A stretch of 62,780 nucleotides of DNA, counting the filler, from Sphacelaria rigidula (Eukaryota): NCBI GenBank assembly GCA_964200075.2. It is 5 parts of 5 records of this genome, joined end to end, with 100 filler letters (N's around TTAATTAATTAA, not from the genome) between each part and the next. Parts side by side here need not be neighbours in the genome. Positions count along the whole stretch, not along the records: positions 25,155 to 37,630 come from CAXNAA020003727.1; positions 37,731 to 50,205 come from CAXNAA020003728.1; 3 more parts are not named here. One strand, given 5' to 3'. The notes under the pieces were generated by a model. That model was not told where the DNA came from and did no database searches. It saw only the letters and a list, made by a program, of their open reading frames with translations. Shown in pieces: positions 25,155-38,508 of this stretch; position 1 is the first letter of the stretch; each line of letters opens with the position of its first letter. Both the position numbers and the translations under genes were made by a program.

Positions 25155-28100
25155 AAGGTACGACCATCGGGGGAAGAGAAGTACGACCACAGGAAGCGGT
25201 AGTCTGACCAAGCTCGGGCCACAGGATCTCTGGTAATGTAACAAAACAGCACAGGTATACAAGATGGAGGGTCTCAATGAAGAATCGGCACAAAATCGTG
25301 AAAATATGCAGCGATAAACAAAACAATCGGTGTGAAGTAAACCCCAGCGTTGTGTTGTTTGTACGCCAAATTACCCACCACACGCGAGTAATACTGTTAA
25401 TGACGCAGGAGACTTTGTTGCGAAGCACTTCGAGGTCGGCGCCGGGGTTAGTACGCACAGGGGGCGGGGCGGGGTAGGACATTTCCGAAACCCGGAAGAG
25501 GAAGCAAGCGAAACGCGAATCAGGGTTGCATGGAAGGAAACATGACAACCAAGATTCTGTAATAAAATAGATATTTTTGCACCAAAACTCGCGTCATTTC
25601 ACGGGCTTTCAGGGGGTGTCGACCTTTTTGGACGATTCGACCGTCGCTGAGTAAATTACGAAAAAACTCCTGTTCCGAAAACAATTCGTTCCTCATCTCA
25701 CGAACATCTTGTGATATACTCCGGAGTACTGAAGACCGCTACAGACATGTGCAAATTTATGACAGAATCAACCCCAATTGCGATAACAGTTTCACGGGTG
25801 TGCACCCTTTGTTGTTCGCGTCATCCAGATATGGTTTTCGTCACACTTCTACTCACCCCCCCATTTTGTCAGCCTGGCCCGGCGAGAACCCGGCGCTGTC
25901 TGTCCCGTCTTCGCAGGGGCGGACCCCCCTATGAGGTTGACGTCGGTTGGCGACGACGCTATAAAACACACCACTCACTGCGTAAGCTCGGCAACCAGGT
26001 TACCGAAATGTTTTCACGCGCTTGCGTTTTTCTTGCGGTAACCAAGATGGTCGTCGAGCTAGATCATGTTGTGCGGCGTGGGAAAACCTCAACTCTGCAC
26101 CAAGGGTATGATCGTACTACGTTGTATTTAAATGGTGAGACACCCATGAGGCAGTGCATAAGCAGTGGCTGTCTCTGGAAGTAGCGATACCAGAAAAAGT
26201 GTAGCAATTCATTGTAGGCTGTCATCCGAATGCAAGATATTCAGTAGGCTTCGGGCCGAACAATCGTGGCAGGATGCAGCTCACCCTTCATGCGACTCGC
26301 CGAATACATCCCGGCGCTTNNNNNNNNNNGTGCTCCGTCCCGGCTTGTAGGGATGCGAGGTCACTGGTCTTATGACTATGACATGCATGATCATGAGTAC
26401 ACCCCCTCCTCCGGACGACCGCGTGGTCTCGAGGGATCAGCCTATCTTCCCCTGTACATGCCTTGCACTTTTGTCTCGCGGATTGGATTGACACTTCCGT
26501 ATCGCGTCGACTCTCCTGAGGTAAAGTCAGTCAACCCTTACTGCTCCTCAGGTCCTCCCCTTTTTAAACGCCGGACATCAGATACAGTGCAGTAAAAAAG
26601 AAACACATCTGGCGGGAATTGAACTCGCCTCCTTTCCACCATAACGGTGTCAGGTGTGCCTTTCCATCACCAGCAGTATGATTTGTTGTTAAAACATTTG
26701 GTATGGATGTTTTCAAGGTTGTGGTCTGTGGGGTGCGGGCATGTTCTGTAGGGTGAGTGATTCCTTTAAGAACTTACAGAAATATCGGGTACCGGTATAA
26801 AAGTCGTACAGAATGAATGACTGTCGGGTACCGGTTCGAAAGTCTAACAGAAATTACAGAACTTGTCCGGCACGGTATGGGAGGCTTACAGAAAACCGTA
26901 CCGGCAATCGAGTATTTACTCAGGGGCACACTCGCGCTCCGAGTATAAGCATACATTATGCACAGAAATCATAGAACTGTCGGGTAAAAAGGGTATGGGA
27001 GGCGTACAAGACTCACCGAAACTGTCGTGCAAGGTATGGAGGCTGCACAGCAAACCGTACCCGCAACCGGGTACCTTGTGAAGAGCATACCCGTGCCCTC
27101 CGTAACGGTACGGAGATCTTAAAGAATTCACAGAACTATCGAGTAAGGGTATGAAAATCCTACAGAGTTTACAGAACAACTCTTTCTGAGATGGTTTCAG
27201 GCTAGCACCCTCCCTCACTCTAGTCCTTGGACCTAAGCAACGACCTTTAGACAACGCTCTCTTGCTTCTATGGGCCGAACGAGTCTCTACTTGTGAGCCT
27301 ATGCATGTGAATCAAGGCTTACTCGTTTGTATTGTACAATACAATCTTTGGTTTCTCCCACCGCCTGAGATCAATTTGGGCTTTGCGTGCATGCACTGTG
27401 AGGCCAGTTTTGAAGAAAGCACAAAATGGCTCAAGCCGTTGCGTTTGTATGTGATCAGGACTTCTAATTCGAGGTACTTGCGTGCCTCATTTGAGGGCAA
27501 AACTCCTTCTCTACACACCAATACAATCGCAACCTCTAGCCGAATTCAATCAGAATTCGATTATTTTGCTGGATAGACACGATTACGTGGCAAACGTGGT
27601 CGCAAACGAGACGCAGCCATCCTCCGTACGAGAAGTAAGCTAAAACGAAGAGTTTTTGGCCTTTTTGCCGCAAATTGTGTGTGTCATCATTTGTTCGTGT
27701 TTGCACACGGAGAAGGGGCAAACTACGGCTATTTTGGACCGAACGCCTTTTGTTCGGCCGGCTGGATGGGGGGAAACGGTAATTATAAAAAGACATCTGC
27801 GGTTAAGATTAGGAATACGCCGAAGGGATTCATGACAAAATCTAACAGCAGAATACGATACGTGGTTGAGGACCGTACAAACATGACCGATCAGACGCAT
27901 GGTACAAAGAAATTATTTAGGTATCGCGGGTGAGCATCGTCGCCGTGAAAAAAAAACAATCGAGGGTCAACAACTGATTGCAGGACTAGGGTATCATAAT
28001 ATCATGTGCGTCTATTATCAACATCATACCGGGTGATGAAGCAATACGTCACAGCCTACCCCAACGTCTACTTGTACGCACCCACTTGAGTTGGAGGGAG

Positions 28101-31100
28101 TAGAAGGGGAAGGATGTCTTCAAAAATGTAAACAATTAGGTTCTCATTTGTGTACATGGATACACTTTTCGATTACCTGAGCGCAAATACCACTTTGGCG
28201 CTTGGGTTGTCCGCGTAGATGTCCTCAGGTGTTGTTCCGGTTGAGAGCATGTATGTGACGGTGCCATCACCCGTTACGATATTCTCGTACTCCTCTAAAA
28301 AACGGCAGTTTTCGCGATGCAAGGGATGCAACAGAGGCAGACAAAGGTTGTCAAGTAATGCTGGGGGAAAGCTCGCCACATATCGAAACATATATCGAAT
28401 ACGTTCAAATTTGACCATACAGCTGTCAAATAGCAGCCCCCTTCAGATGCTCCGGCATTACAAATGACTTCGTTGATGAGGGCTGCGGACATTTGTACGG
28501 AACGGAAGGTGCTCGGAAAAAGCCTGGTAACTCTGGGCCACTTCGATGTGCCATATTTTGTCGTTTGTCTCGCGGGGTTAATCTTAGCATGAATTTCAAG
28601 ATCAAGCTATCATATCGTGGCAGATATGTCGCCCCATCGTACCTCTCCGAGTTACTCAGGCGTATCAGTGATGCTTAGAACCACGTGAGGCAACACACTC
28701 GACACTCGCAAAATTGGACCATCATCTTCACCAGGTCTTGATTCGGCATGGAAAAACGCGCCAATGGCAAGAAGTACGGCAAACGTCACCTCGTGAACAA
28801 AACACTTTTCTCGGAAAAGACCCAGTCCGCGCGTAGGTAGGCGAGTAGTGATACTGACCGGGATTCATCGAACAGTCTCGTGAGGGAAGTGGAACTGTTC
28901 GTCAGTAGCTGGCAAGCATGTAGGTGTAATGCGCCAGCGCGTTGTGCTGAACCGTTCCCCGTTGATTTTCTGTCGACCCGGAACTACAACATAGGTCGCA
29001 GATTCTGTTGCAGGGCTTGTGACTAGTGCGCATTTTCACACAAGAACAGAGTGCCGAAGAGCCAGAGCCAGGCTATCGTAGCCGTACATATATTACCCTG
29101 AGGTGGTATGAAATATGGACTAGTAGTTTTCAACCGGACTAGGGGATTTCCATCCGTTTCTTCACGTCTCACTTCTCATCGCAGTGAACGGTTGCTCCGG
29201 AAGTTCGGAGATCGGTAAATGCTACGCATTTGCTTCACGTTCCGAAGAAGAACTCATCCCTGCACTCAGTAGTGAACAACTTACGGGTTGAGTTGATTCG
29301 GGAAAATTTAGGTCATTTTGGTTCAAAACACATTTCTTTCCGGCTCCAGCGTAACTTACAGGAGAAAAGAAAATACGAGGGTCTGCAAATATGTTCACAA
29401 GTGCGATTGGGATATTTTATCCCATCCCCTTGTGCTGTGCAGAGCTCGGTCGGGCCGTTTTCGTTTTTGGGTACTTTCCTGAAATTTTCGTGTAGTATAT
29501 TCCCCTCGCACTCGGAAGTCCTAGCATCGATAAGTATTCGACAAAGAAGTGGGTCGTGCTCAGGACACAATCCTCCATTGGTGTTTTCGGGGTGAGACAG
29601 AGTGAGTATCTCGTGTATCAGAGGGGTCGACCTCCAATAGTCCAAACAACACGGTTTGTCGGGTGTAGAGCAATGAAAAGGTGATTAATCGAAAAAACAC
29701 TCGCTATTTCTTGTTCAAAAGGACGATCAGAATTGCTTCAGTCGGGCAATAATACAGAAGGGTAAGAACCTGGGGTTGGGAAGTCGCAGCACCCGGAAAA
29801 TCGGTTAGCCCGTGAGTCGTTCAATATTGAGTACAGATATTATTTTGTTTCGGAATGCTGAGCGGATGCCTAGTGTCCCCTGATCCTCAAACTTTGGAAT
29901 CACACGTTCACTAGGATGGCGGTGGCATGCGAAAACACTTTTGAAAATCGCCGACTACGAAAGCATACAAAAATCCCCCGTATCAGCGGAAACCTACTGT
30001 AACCGCAGCGTCCGTCTCCGCCGCCCCAGCCTTTCGGGAATAACACGAGTGCGCTACATGACGATTGAACATTTCCATGCCAAGTAATAACGAGCTCGTC
30101 TTCGTGGCCACGAACACGAAGATGTCCTGCTGGATTCTCCTTGTTTGAAAGCGCCCTTCTTTACTTCAAGGTATGACTCCTCGACTGTTGTGTATTCGTC
30201 ATCTCCCCTGGAGGAAGAGCATTTGCACTACTTCGCAACCAGAGGGTGACTCGAGACAGCACAGTTGTTGTTCAAGGTGAACTCTCCGCATGAACTAGCG
30301 GCATACCTAGAAAAGGGAACGCTGCAAGACGCTCATGCAGCTTGTCCGGGCCAGCGGATCGGTTAGGCAGGTATATGCCTGTCTCCTTGAAGACTTGAGA
30401 GCCTTCCAGCGGTTGAACCACCTGAGGGACAACGAATGACATGCAACAAAGCACAACCAAAGGACACGATCGGCCGCAACACAGCCTAACCCTTCCTCAA
30501 AACCTTGAGGGTGAGCTGGTTTTTTTAGACAACATCGCCGACTCCAGGTTCAGGCGTGCGCATGCTTCCAACTGGACCGCATGGATCTCTGCAAATTTCT
30601 CGTCAAGCCACCAACGGCACGGACGCTACACACCGCACGACTAACGGACGTGTAGAAAATGACCAACACTATCAAGAAGACGGCAGCGACAACAAAAAAC
30701 GTACATCTGTAGGCACAACAAATGGCAGGCGAACACGAGAAACCCATTCACGCCAGCACGCAATTGATGATCCATTTGAGAGGGCTTGAGTGAACTCTCA
30801 CGCCCGAGAGTGGCTGGAACCAGACGGAACGCATTCAGCAAGGTAGACGTCAACTGGATATGTCTGGGGATAACTACTTCGGCTGCTTAGCACGCTAGGA
30901 TATTCCGCTTGAGGAGCTTTGTTAAAAAATACCACGGCCTCAGCACGTACGGTTTTGATCTTTTGTCGTACCGGTCAGTTTTGATTGATTGATTGTCGCA
31001 CTTCAACTGACCCCCCAGGGGTCCAGCCGTGGTCTCATCATAGACGTACGTACCCAAGAAAAACGAAACTGAAACATGCTTCAAGGGGAAATAAAAGTCA

Positions 31101-33587
31101 ACGCACTGGAAACATCCAAGACCTTCCTTGTTCAGCCAGTCCTCCCCGACGCGATGCACGCGAAAGCCAAATTCCAGTACGGAATACACTTGAGCAGGTG
31201 GGCAGTTGTGAAGACGAACGGACACGTCCGCTTTCGAGCGGTTGGCTTTTACGTGCTGCATTATTGCCGGGCCATCAACACACCGGTGCTCGTTGTAACC
31301 TGCATCGTGTGTGCGCTATGTCCCTGCAGCATACGGCCGGTTGTCCCGTCCTTGAGTTTGGGGTTCCGTGAAAGAGGGAGATATTGTCGAGAACCTCACC
31401 GGCTTCGTACAAGAGTGAAAAACCGACACAGGCTAGGGCAGGGTGAATGCCCAAGCTTTATTGTTCACTGCTGATAGATGAAAAACCGACCCCATATAAT
31501 TATATTTGGTATATCATGGTGACCGACACGAGCAAAGCAAGCAGTGTGTCACAAGCAGACTTATTCTTGCGTCATTCGCTGAGCCCCTGGTGGTGAAAAC
31601 GTTTCTGGGACAATTCTTCGAATTATTCTCAAGTTCAAAGTGAGAATTCCAGGTGAAACCTCTACCCAACTTCATCACGGCGCAAACCTTTGTAGCCGCC
31701 ACCAGTCATGGAATCTAGTGCAAAAAGCGATTTTGAAACTGGTTGGTATGGGAGCGACTTATACCCCAAACCTAGTGTTTCGGTAATGTGGGGTTTTGGC
31801 GTCGTCGGATTCCCACTGATGATACGCAAGCATCAAAGACCCATCGAAGTCTCGTGACCACTTTCCTCGTACCTGTCGCAGAAAAACACCAATCAACATC
31901 AAACTTGGCAGTGTCGTAGATTTAGGTTTCCCAAGCATCAAATGAAACCGTTTTTTCATCTTTCAAAGCCCGTCAGCTCTTTACCGGCTTTCGTGGTTCC
32001 CGGCGTGAAGACGTCCCAAAAGCCGGAACGGAGGGCGTCAAGATGAGAAGTAAATAATATATTACGCGTGGGTTCCGAGGTAGTCCACGCTTGTACAGAA
32101 TTTCGTTGCGTGACTCGAAAAACTGATCCCAATCGGTCGATGCAGGCTCGAACGCACAAGAAAGGATCGACTTGACGCCAAATTTCGGTAAGTTGAGGAT
32201 TGAGCGGGCTATTTCACGCTCGAAGACGGGGATTCCTGACACGCCTTCTTGGAGTTTGAGCCTGAAATTCAGCACACTTGCATCGCGGGATATTGCGACT
32301 CTTCATGCATGTTTTTTATTCTTTCGTCAGATATCTGGGATCCCAGTATGCCCCCTGGAGCCCCTGTGGGAGTTTGGACATTTGGCGAGAGAAGAAGAAC
32401 TGAGAAAAAAAACATTGTAGAAGTATCGCAATATCCCGTCGTTTACGTGTGCCAAGGGTTCAGAATCAAACTTCAAAACCCGCGTAAGGAGTGTGTGGGG
32501 GAATAAAATGGGGGTGTTTGCCCTGAACTAGGCTGTATGTGTTTGCACATAGTCGTAAGGTAGAATCCAAAAGTGTACCGAGTTCATCTTCTTTACACAT
32601 ATCTTTTAATCGTACATGTAGAATCGTTGTACGGTACCTGTTCGTAGCGCTACTGTATACCTGAGGGTGCTTTGTGATGGAGTGAAACAGAAACGTGGAT
32701 GCGCCCTTCTGAGTGCCCGGCACAAACACGGTCGGTGCGCATTGGAAACTCGACCGGGCTATCGCCAGCGAAGTCGGTTCCCTCCGCTTAATCCTGAGCG
32801 ACCAAACACCATAATACGAGGCGAAGGAAAATGGGCAGAAGAGGATAAATAAATAGATGTAAAAGACGAGAGAAACAAATGACGGGCACAACGACTACAG
32901 AAAACAAGAAACGAAAGCAAAAATCAGCAAGAAAAAGTCAAGTCGGGGTATCGACTGGATCATCCACTTTGAAGCGTAACGATTTTTTTTCCCACCAAAA
33001 CCACTGCGCACGGGGGAAGAAAACATGAGGGCTTGATATAAGCTGGAGACGCGAAATATGAGTAGAAGGAACAAAGAACACTTGAGGAAACTCAAGAGTC
33101 GGCGTGTCAACGCTGGTAAGGTGTCGTTATGAAGAGCTCAGGCAACGATCTCGGGTACTTGCTACGCGAGGAGTAGCCGCTGAAACGCCCCTCTCGAAAC
33201 CCGGAAAAAAACGAGGGAGACGGGAAAAGCAGAGAGTACTGAAACAAATTTGGAAGCGAAATCCACAGAAGCGAACGTAACAAAAAAAAGAGCACCACCA
33301 CAAACAGCGAACTCACGCTTTTGTACTCCAATGCCCGCAAGGCGTCCGACACGCCGCCGAAACATGCTGGGTTTTCCACCGCGTAAGTCGTAACCTCCGA
33401 AACGCCTCCTCCCACACGCTCCCCTCCTCCGGCGCCTTCCATTTCCCATCCGACACCTCAGGGCCCATCCATAACAAGCTAGGTTTTTGATTGCCCGTGA
33501 CACCATTGCTATTCTCGCTAGTGCTGCCATCTTCATTCGCCCCAAGAGGCGGAAGGCCGGTCAATTGTTCCCACGTGTCGACGGCAT
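25155..33587 (-). CDS. PAPS-dependent sulfotransferase (Sulfotransfer_1 / heparan-sulfate sulfotransferase-like fold), partial
   Basis: Phase-consistent exons: 33587-33317 (stem region, less certain), 32793-32661 (QCAPTVFVPGTQKGASTFLFHSITKHPQ = 5'-PSB loop), 30421-30307 (VVQPLEGSQVFKETGIY...AAFPFL), 28294-28177 (EYENIVTGDGTVTYM...NPSAKVVFALR), 25229-25155 (DPVARAWSDYRF = 3'-PB motif LRDP..RA.S; runs off contig). Confidence 0.9.
25873..26402 (+). mobile_element. Structured non-coding repeat family D with terminal direct repeats, copy 1
   Basis: Collinear over ~500 nt with the reverse complement of 37011-37572. It begins CCGGCGAGAACCCGGCG..TGTCCCG, the 3' part of this motif recurs after the internal 10-N gap (26320-26329), and it ends CATGATCATGAGTACACC. 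Confidence 0.75.
26405..26675 (-). mobile_element. tRNA-derived SINE, diverged copy
   Basis: GGCGGGAATTGAACTCG (B box, reverse). The body CCTTGCA.TTT...CGGATTGG...CGCGTCGACTCTC...CAGTCAAC is shared with 38812-39105 and 39320-39621. Confidence 0.6.
26768..27180. repeat. Degenerate tandem repeat (~40-nt unit)
   Basis: Recurring ACAGAA(CT)..TCGGGTA..GGTATG..AG..TACAGA units. Confidence 0.65.
30982..31095 (-). mobile_element. RTE-like LINE 3' end with (AATC)n tail
   Basis: GATTGATTGATTGTCGCACTTCAACTGACCCCCCAGGGGTCCAGCCGTGGTC. Confidence 0.75.
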
Positions 33588-35729
33588 CTGGTTCGCAACG
33601 CCTGGGACGGACGAACGTATGAATTCAACAAGCAACCAAACATATAATCTTTCAAACATTGAAGAACCCTACATGAAAATCTTCACCCCTTGCTTGTTCG
33701 GGGGGCATCTTGCTTGCTCTTTGCGTAGTACCGTGCACCTCCTGGCAGACTACGGTACCCTTATCTCCATGAGTGTCGTGGAGGTGGAAAGCTGTGTGTT
33801 CTCGGTGAGAATACGAGCCGAGGCGGTTTCCGCGAAAGTTGCGCCACGGAGTATCGGAAATGACGATAATTACATACACTTAGGTAGCGCATGATACGTT
33901 CTTGGACTCCAATCCCCCCCCCCCCCCGCCCCCCTGTCCCATCCCAGCAAGGTCAAAGCACAGATGACCATGACATGCAATATCACGAGCACACACACCC
34001 CGCCTCTCAATAGCGCCAGTTAGCAACCTTTTACGGCCTGGATGTCTTTTGACGTACTGACGGAGCCCCTCGGAATGAAACATATTTTAAGGATCTGTAT
34101 TGAGGTATAGATTCTCGAACCACGAGAAGAGCTGTTCTTCCCCCCACGAACCTCTTGAATCGATTTCGAATTACTCGAAAACCTACCACATGTAGGGGAG
34201 GACAGAGCAGAGAACGTCTGCATATAGTTAAGCGTGTATGCCAAACAGGATACCGGCTCATTGCAGAGAAAATGTTTCCCGTAAACGAAGATTACCGCTT
34301 CACTCTAGAACAGCTTCCTCAACATTTTTTCGAGAACAACGTTTTGAAAATGTTGCGAAATATATGTGAGGCATCTCGACCTTCAACTCTTGGCTCCCCA
34401 TAAAACACTTCCAAATAACGTTGTCGGCCAGCCACCAGCTAATTGTTCACAACTTTTCCCACAATTTCACATATTTTCCAGTTTTGAACAATGTCCCCAA
34501 GAGCACCTCTAGAATGGATGTCAACAGCGACCATGATCTTCATATTCGCGCCAACTGGAATGCTCGTACCAATGGTGTATATTTTTTATATACTCATTTA
34601 TCAGATGTGTAAGTCATTGTGCTAAGCATCTTGTGATATCCTTCACCGATTTCGCGCCGCCCGACAAACCTCCAGCAATTTCCTTAGTGCATTTTACGAC
34701 CCCGGTGTACAGCATCGAATAACATGCATTCGTAGACAATACACGAACGAACCACAACACCCAAGATGTGTGCGACTGGAAACAAACACTAGGTGCCGCA
34801 GATTCCTCTGTCATATATTACCCGTCACATGATACTTCCTCACAGGTTGAGTATGGTCTATATCGATACGTGTACTGTAGGCGCAGACGGTAGACTGATT
34901 CGCGCCAGGCTGCGTCTTTCCGATACGAATGCGTACAGACGTACGACACAGGAGAGTACATATCCGCGCATTCAGTGCGGCATGTGCTCGCGTGCATACA
35001 GAGATAAGCGCTTGTGCGTGTACGACGTTCGGCACCGGGTTAATATAAAAAGGTCCTCAAACAGTAGCGTGGACCACTGTCGAGGACACAGGGTGCCCCT
35101 CGCCTGTTGCCAGCAGTCGAATAAAAAGAAACCGTAGCGGGTGAGGGCTTCAAAATGATTTCAAACGTCTGCGAGTTGGAAGCGATTTCCCAAACCTGTG
35201 CCGATATTGGAAGAGTTTCAAATAACTTTCCGAAAGTGTTGTCAGGTACTACAGGTATGGACAACTCACGCTGCACATGTATCTCTCACGATATGCCGTA
35301 CACGCTATATGACCTTGTCCCACACGTGACTCAAGTCAAGAAGGTTTGTATTGTGCCCTCCCACCACTCGCAACACCATCGGTTCAGGTCGAACATGTGG
35401 ACACTAGGAGACTACAACGTGGGTGTGTACCACTGACTAATTTTGTGCGCGTAGCTGACTGTACTGAGGTGGGTTATACTTGCATACATCTCAGATAAAC
35501 AGCGAAGCGATGGACCATGTGCGCCATTCACGACCCATTTCCGCGCATCTTGGCGGGAGAAGAAGACCTGACATTAGGTCAAGTGGCAACCATACTTGCA
35601 TGAAGAAAAACGCTTCGAAATCATCAGGCTGTATCTATCAGGCTCCAAAAGGGGATGATTGAAAATGGGTTAAAATGGAGGCCAACAACTCCTCGCCCTC
35701 ACTACTGAGTCTTTCTACGATACCCCCCA

Positions 35730-36752
35730 GGACATTATACAAGGACAACGCTACTGAGCACGGTAGGGAAGATGTTCTCAAGATTTTGAACGATAGAGTA
35801 GGAACGATGCTAGAGAGGGGAGAGAAATCAGCGCGGGGCAAGCAGGTTTTAGGCCAAACCGTAGTTGCGCAGACCATGTGTACACACTAGGTAAGATTAT
35901 TCAGGGTAGGAAAGACACCGGGCTGACAACGTACTGTTTCTTTCTGGACGTGCAAAAGGCTTATTACGCAGTATGGAGAAGTGGGTTGTGGAAACAGTTG
36001 TGGGAAGCTGGGGTTAGAGAAAAGATGTGGAGAATGGCAAAGAAGATGACAGAATGTGCCAAACGTGCTATGATGCTAGACGGGGAAGTATCGAAATATT
36101 TCGATATCTTACGAGGAGTTGCACAAGGATGTACTTCATCACCCACTTTATTCAAGGTGTTGTTATATGACTTGATAATAGCAATAGAAGCATCAAAGCA
36201 AGGGATCAAGGTGGGTGAAGATATGGTATCAGTAATAATGTTCGCGGATGATTTCGCGGGGATTTCAGGAACAACAGAAGGGTTACAGAAACAGATAGAC
36301 AAGACACTAGAATATAATAGGAAATGGAGAGTGACAGCGAACGTTAGCAAATGCGCGGCACTCGTCTGTAGCGAAGATAAGAAAGATACGATAGAGTTCA
36401 GATGGAAGTGGAGAGAAGAGCAGCCGCCGATCGTTGACCAGTATACATACCTTGGCGTAGAGATCTCAAAACATTGTTGCACACAAAAAAAAGCAATATA
36501 GGAGGGTAAGGCACAGATAGGCAGGGTGGACGTGATCTTCAGATACTCGCACCTAGATACTAGGATGAAAATATGTATCATGATGAACGTGATTTTACCG
36601 AGGCTGGAACATGCAAGAAAAGGAATTATGGGAGGGCAACGGGAAGTTGGTGAAGAAGTTGAAAACAGTACAGATGGCAGCAGCTGAGAAAATACTTGGA
36701 TGCTCGAAAACGACAAGTGATACAGCATTGAGAGTATAGATGGGAATGCACT
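35730..36752 (+). pseudogene. Decayed non-LTR retrotransposon reverse transcriptase (second LINE family)
   Basis: RT motifs GFRPNRSCADHVYTL, FLDVQKAY, GVAQGCTSSPTLF, MFADD, YTYLGV. Frameshifts and stops on both sides of ORF 35878-36501. Confidence 0.92.
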
Positions 36753-37010
36753 CACTTGAAACAACTCAGGCAAGCAACAAATGAGTACGCCCCCCCGAAA
36801 ACCAGCCCAATACTGTCACGAAGAAAATGACCAAACAGCGCCTGGTGTTTGGTTTCAGGCTGCATCAAGCGCCTCATACGGGCGGCATTGGCGATAACCA
36901 ACCCAAGCGTGGGAATTCCCAGTTGCTTGTCGTGCTCTGTTTCTTCATTGCGGTTCACGCGTAGATTTTGCCTCACCAAGCTATCCACATTTTTTTTTGG
37001 GGGGGGGGAG

Positions 37011-37630
37011 GTGTACTCATGATCATGCATGCCACAGTCATACGACCACTGACTTCGCATCCCTGCAAAGCCGGGACAGAGCACGCCGGGTCTTCGCCGG
37101 ACCAGTCTCGCACTAATTCACCAAGCGCGAAGTGCAGTGGTGTGGTCAGCGAGTCGCATGAAGGGTGAGCCGCATCATGCTAAGATTGTTCGGCCCGAAG
37201 CCTATTGATTATCTTCCACTTGGATGACAGCCTACAATGAGTTTCTTCATTTTCTGGTATCGCCACTTCCAGAGACAGCCACGGCTTTCACACTGCCTCA
37301 TGGGTGTCTCACCATCAAAACACCATGTATTACGATCATTCCCGTTGTGCGGGGTTGAGGTTCTCCTCTGCCGCACAACATGATCTAGCTCGACTCCCAT
37401 CATGGTCGCCGCACAAAAAACGCAAGCGCGCAGACGAAATCGGTAGCCTGGTTGCCTAGCTTACGCAATAAGTGGCGTATTTTGTAGCGTCATCGCCAAC
37501 CGACGCCAACCGCATCGAGGGTCCGCCCCTACAAAACGGGACGGAGCACGCAGGGTTCTCGCCGGATCAGGCTGTTTTTTTTATTTCGGGTGTACTCATG
37601 ATCATGCATGCCATAGTCATAAGACCATTG
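37011..37630 (-). mobile_element. Structured non-coding repeat family D, copy 2, preceded by the 3' end of another unit
   Basis: Direct repeats GGGAC.GAGCACGC.GGGT..TCGCCGGA.CAG at ~37073-37105 and ~37538-37570. The terminal motif GGTGTACTCATGATCATGCATG occurs at ~37010 and ~37589. Confidence 0.75.
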
Positions 37631-37730
37631 NNNNNNNNNNNNNNNNNNNNNNNNNNNNNNNNNNNNNNNNNNNNTTAATTAATTAANNNNNNNNNNNNNN
37701 NNNNNNNNNNNNNNNNNNNNNNNNNNNNNN
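37631..37730. other. Artificial contig spacer
   Basis: N44-TTAATTAATTAA-N44. Confidence 0.97.
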
Positions 37731-38508
37731 TTAGAAGCACTGAGAGAGAGATATATCAGCGGTGTGAAAATCGAAGCTCAACTCTGTTCCTGGGGGCTGT
37801 GCAACAGTGTGCTTCAAATCATCTGAAAAGGAAAGCGACCTCCTTTCGCGGGAGCGTCCGGCGCTCAGCACACGACATAGAAATCACTTTCAAACCCAAG
37901 GCGGGAACAACCACCCGGTAGTAAGGTGACAAAGCGTTCGACAGCAGCGCACGTGCGTCGGACGTCGCATTGTTGGGCGATGGGTTTCCAGGTTGGGTGA
38001 CAGTACAGTGCTTTGCGATGCTGACAAAAAACACTGAATTGCTTTGCACGGGTGCGATGTGTCAGATTGGTAGTGTCCAGACTACTGGGTTTTCAAATTC
38101 TTTGGGTACTGATTCACCGTGACCGTTGACAACGGGATATCTTTCGACCTGCGTTTGCAGTTTGATGGAGAAGGGTGACTGTTTATCTCCTCTTCGGTCC
38201 GTGCGTTTGGCGTAAATTAGTGTTCCGAGAAGGATCACACGGTTACTTGATCCCAGTATTGGAGCGGGGGATCATTTTGGTCATTAATAATATTGATGAA
38301 TATAAATATAATATAATATATGATATATTAATACTATTGATGATGATGATGATGATAAATAAAATAGAAAATTCGTCAAGGTAGAGCGTCAATACTTGAC
38401 TCTCCATTTCACGACATCTGTGCCATCAATCAAGTAAACCAGCCACATGATCTACGCACCGTGAAACTCGCGATGTGTTGCCTGCTGCGTATCCCTCCCT
38501 CTCTGCAG

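Noticed and set aside
35964..36773. 269-aa minus-strand ORF (longest in the track)
   Set aside because: Antisense shadow of the LINE RT remnant.
37270..37312. Hammerhead ribozyme in family D (GAGACA-CCCATGA-...-GAAA-GCCGTGGC-TGTCTC on the minus strand)
   Set aside because: The core is not CUGANGA, there is no valid UH cleavage site, and GAAA is absent in the other copy.
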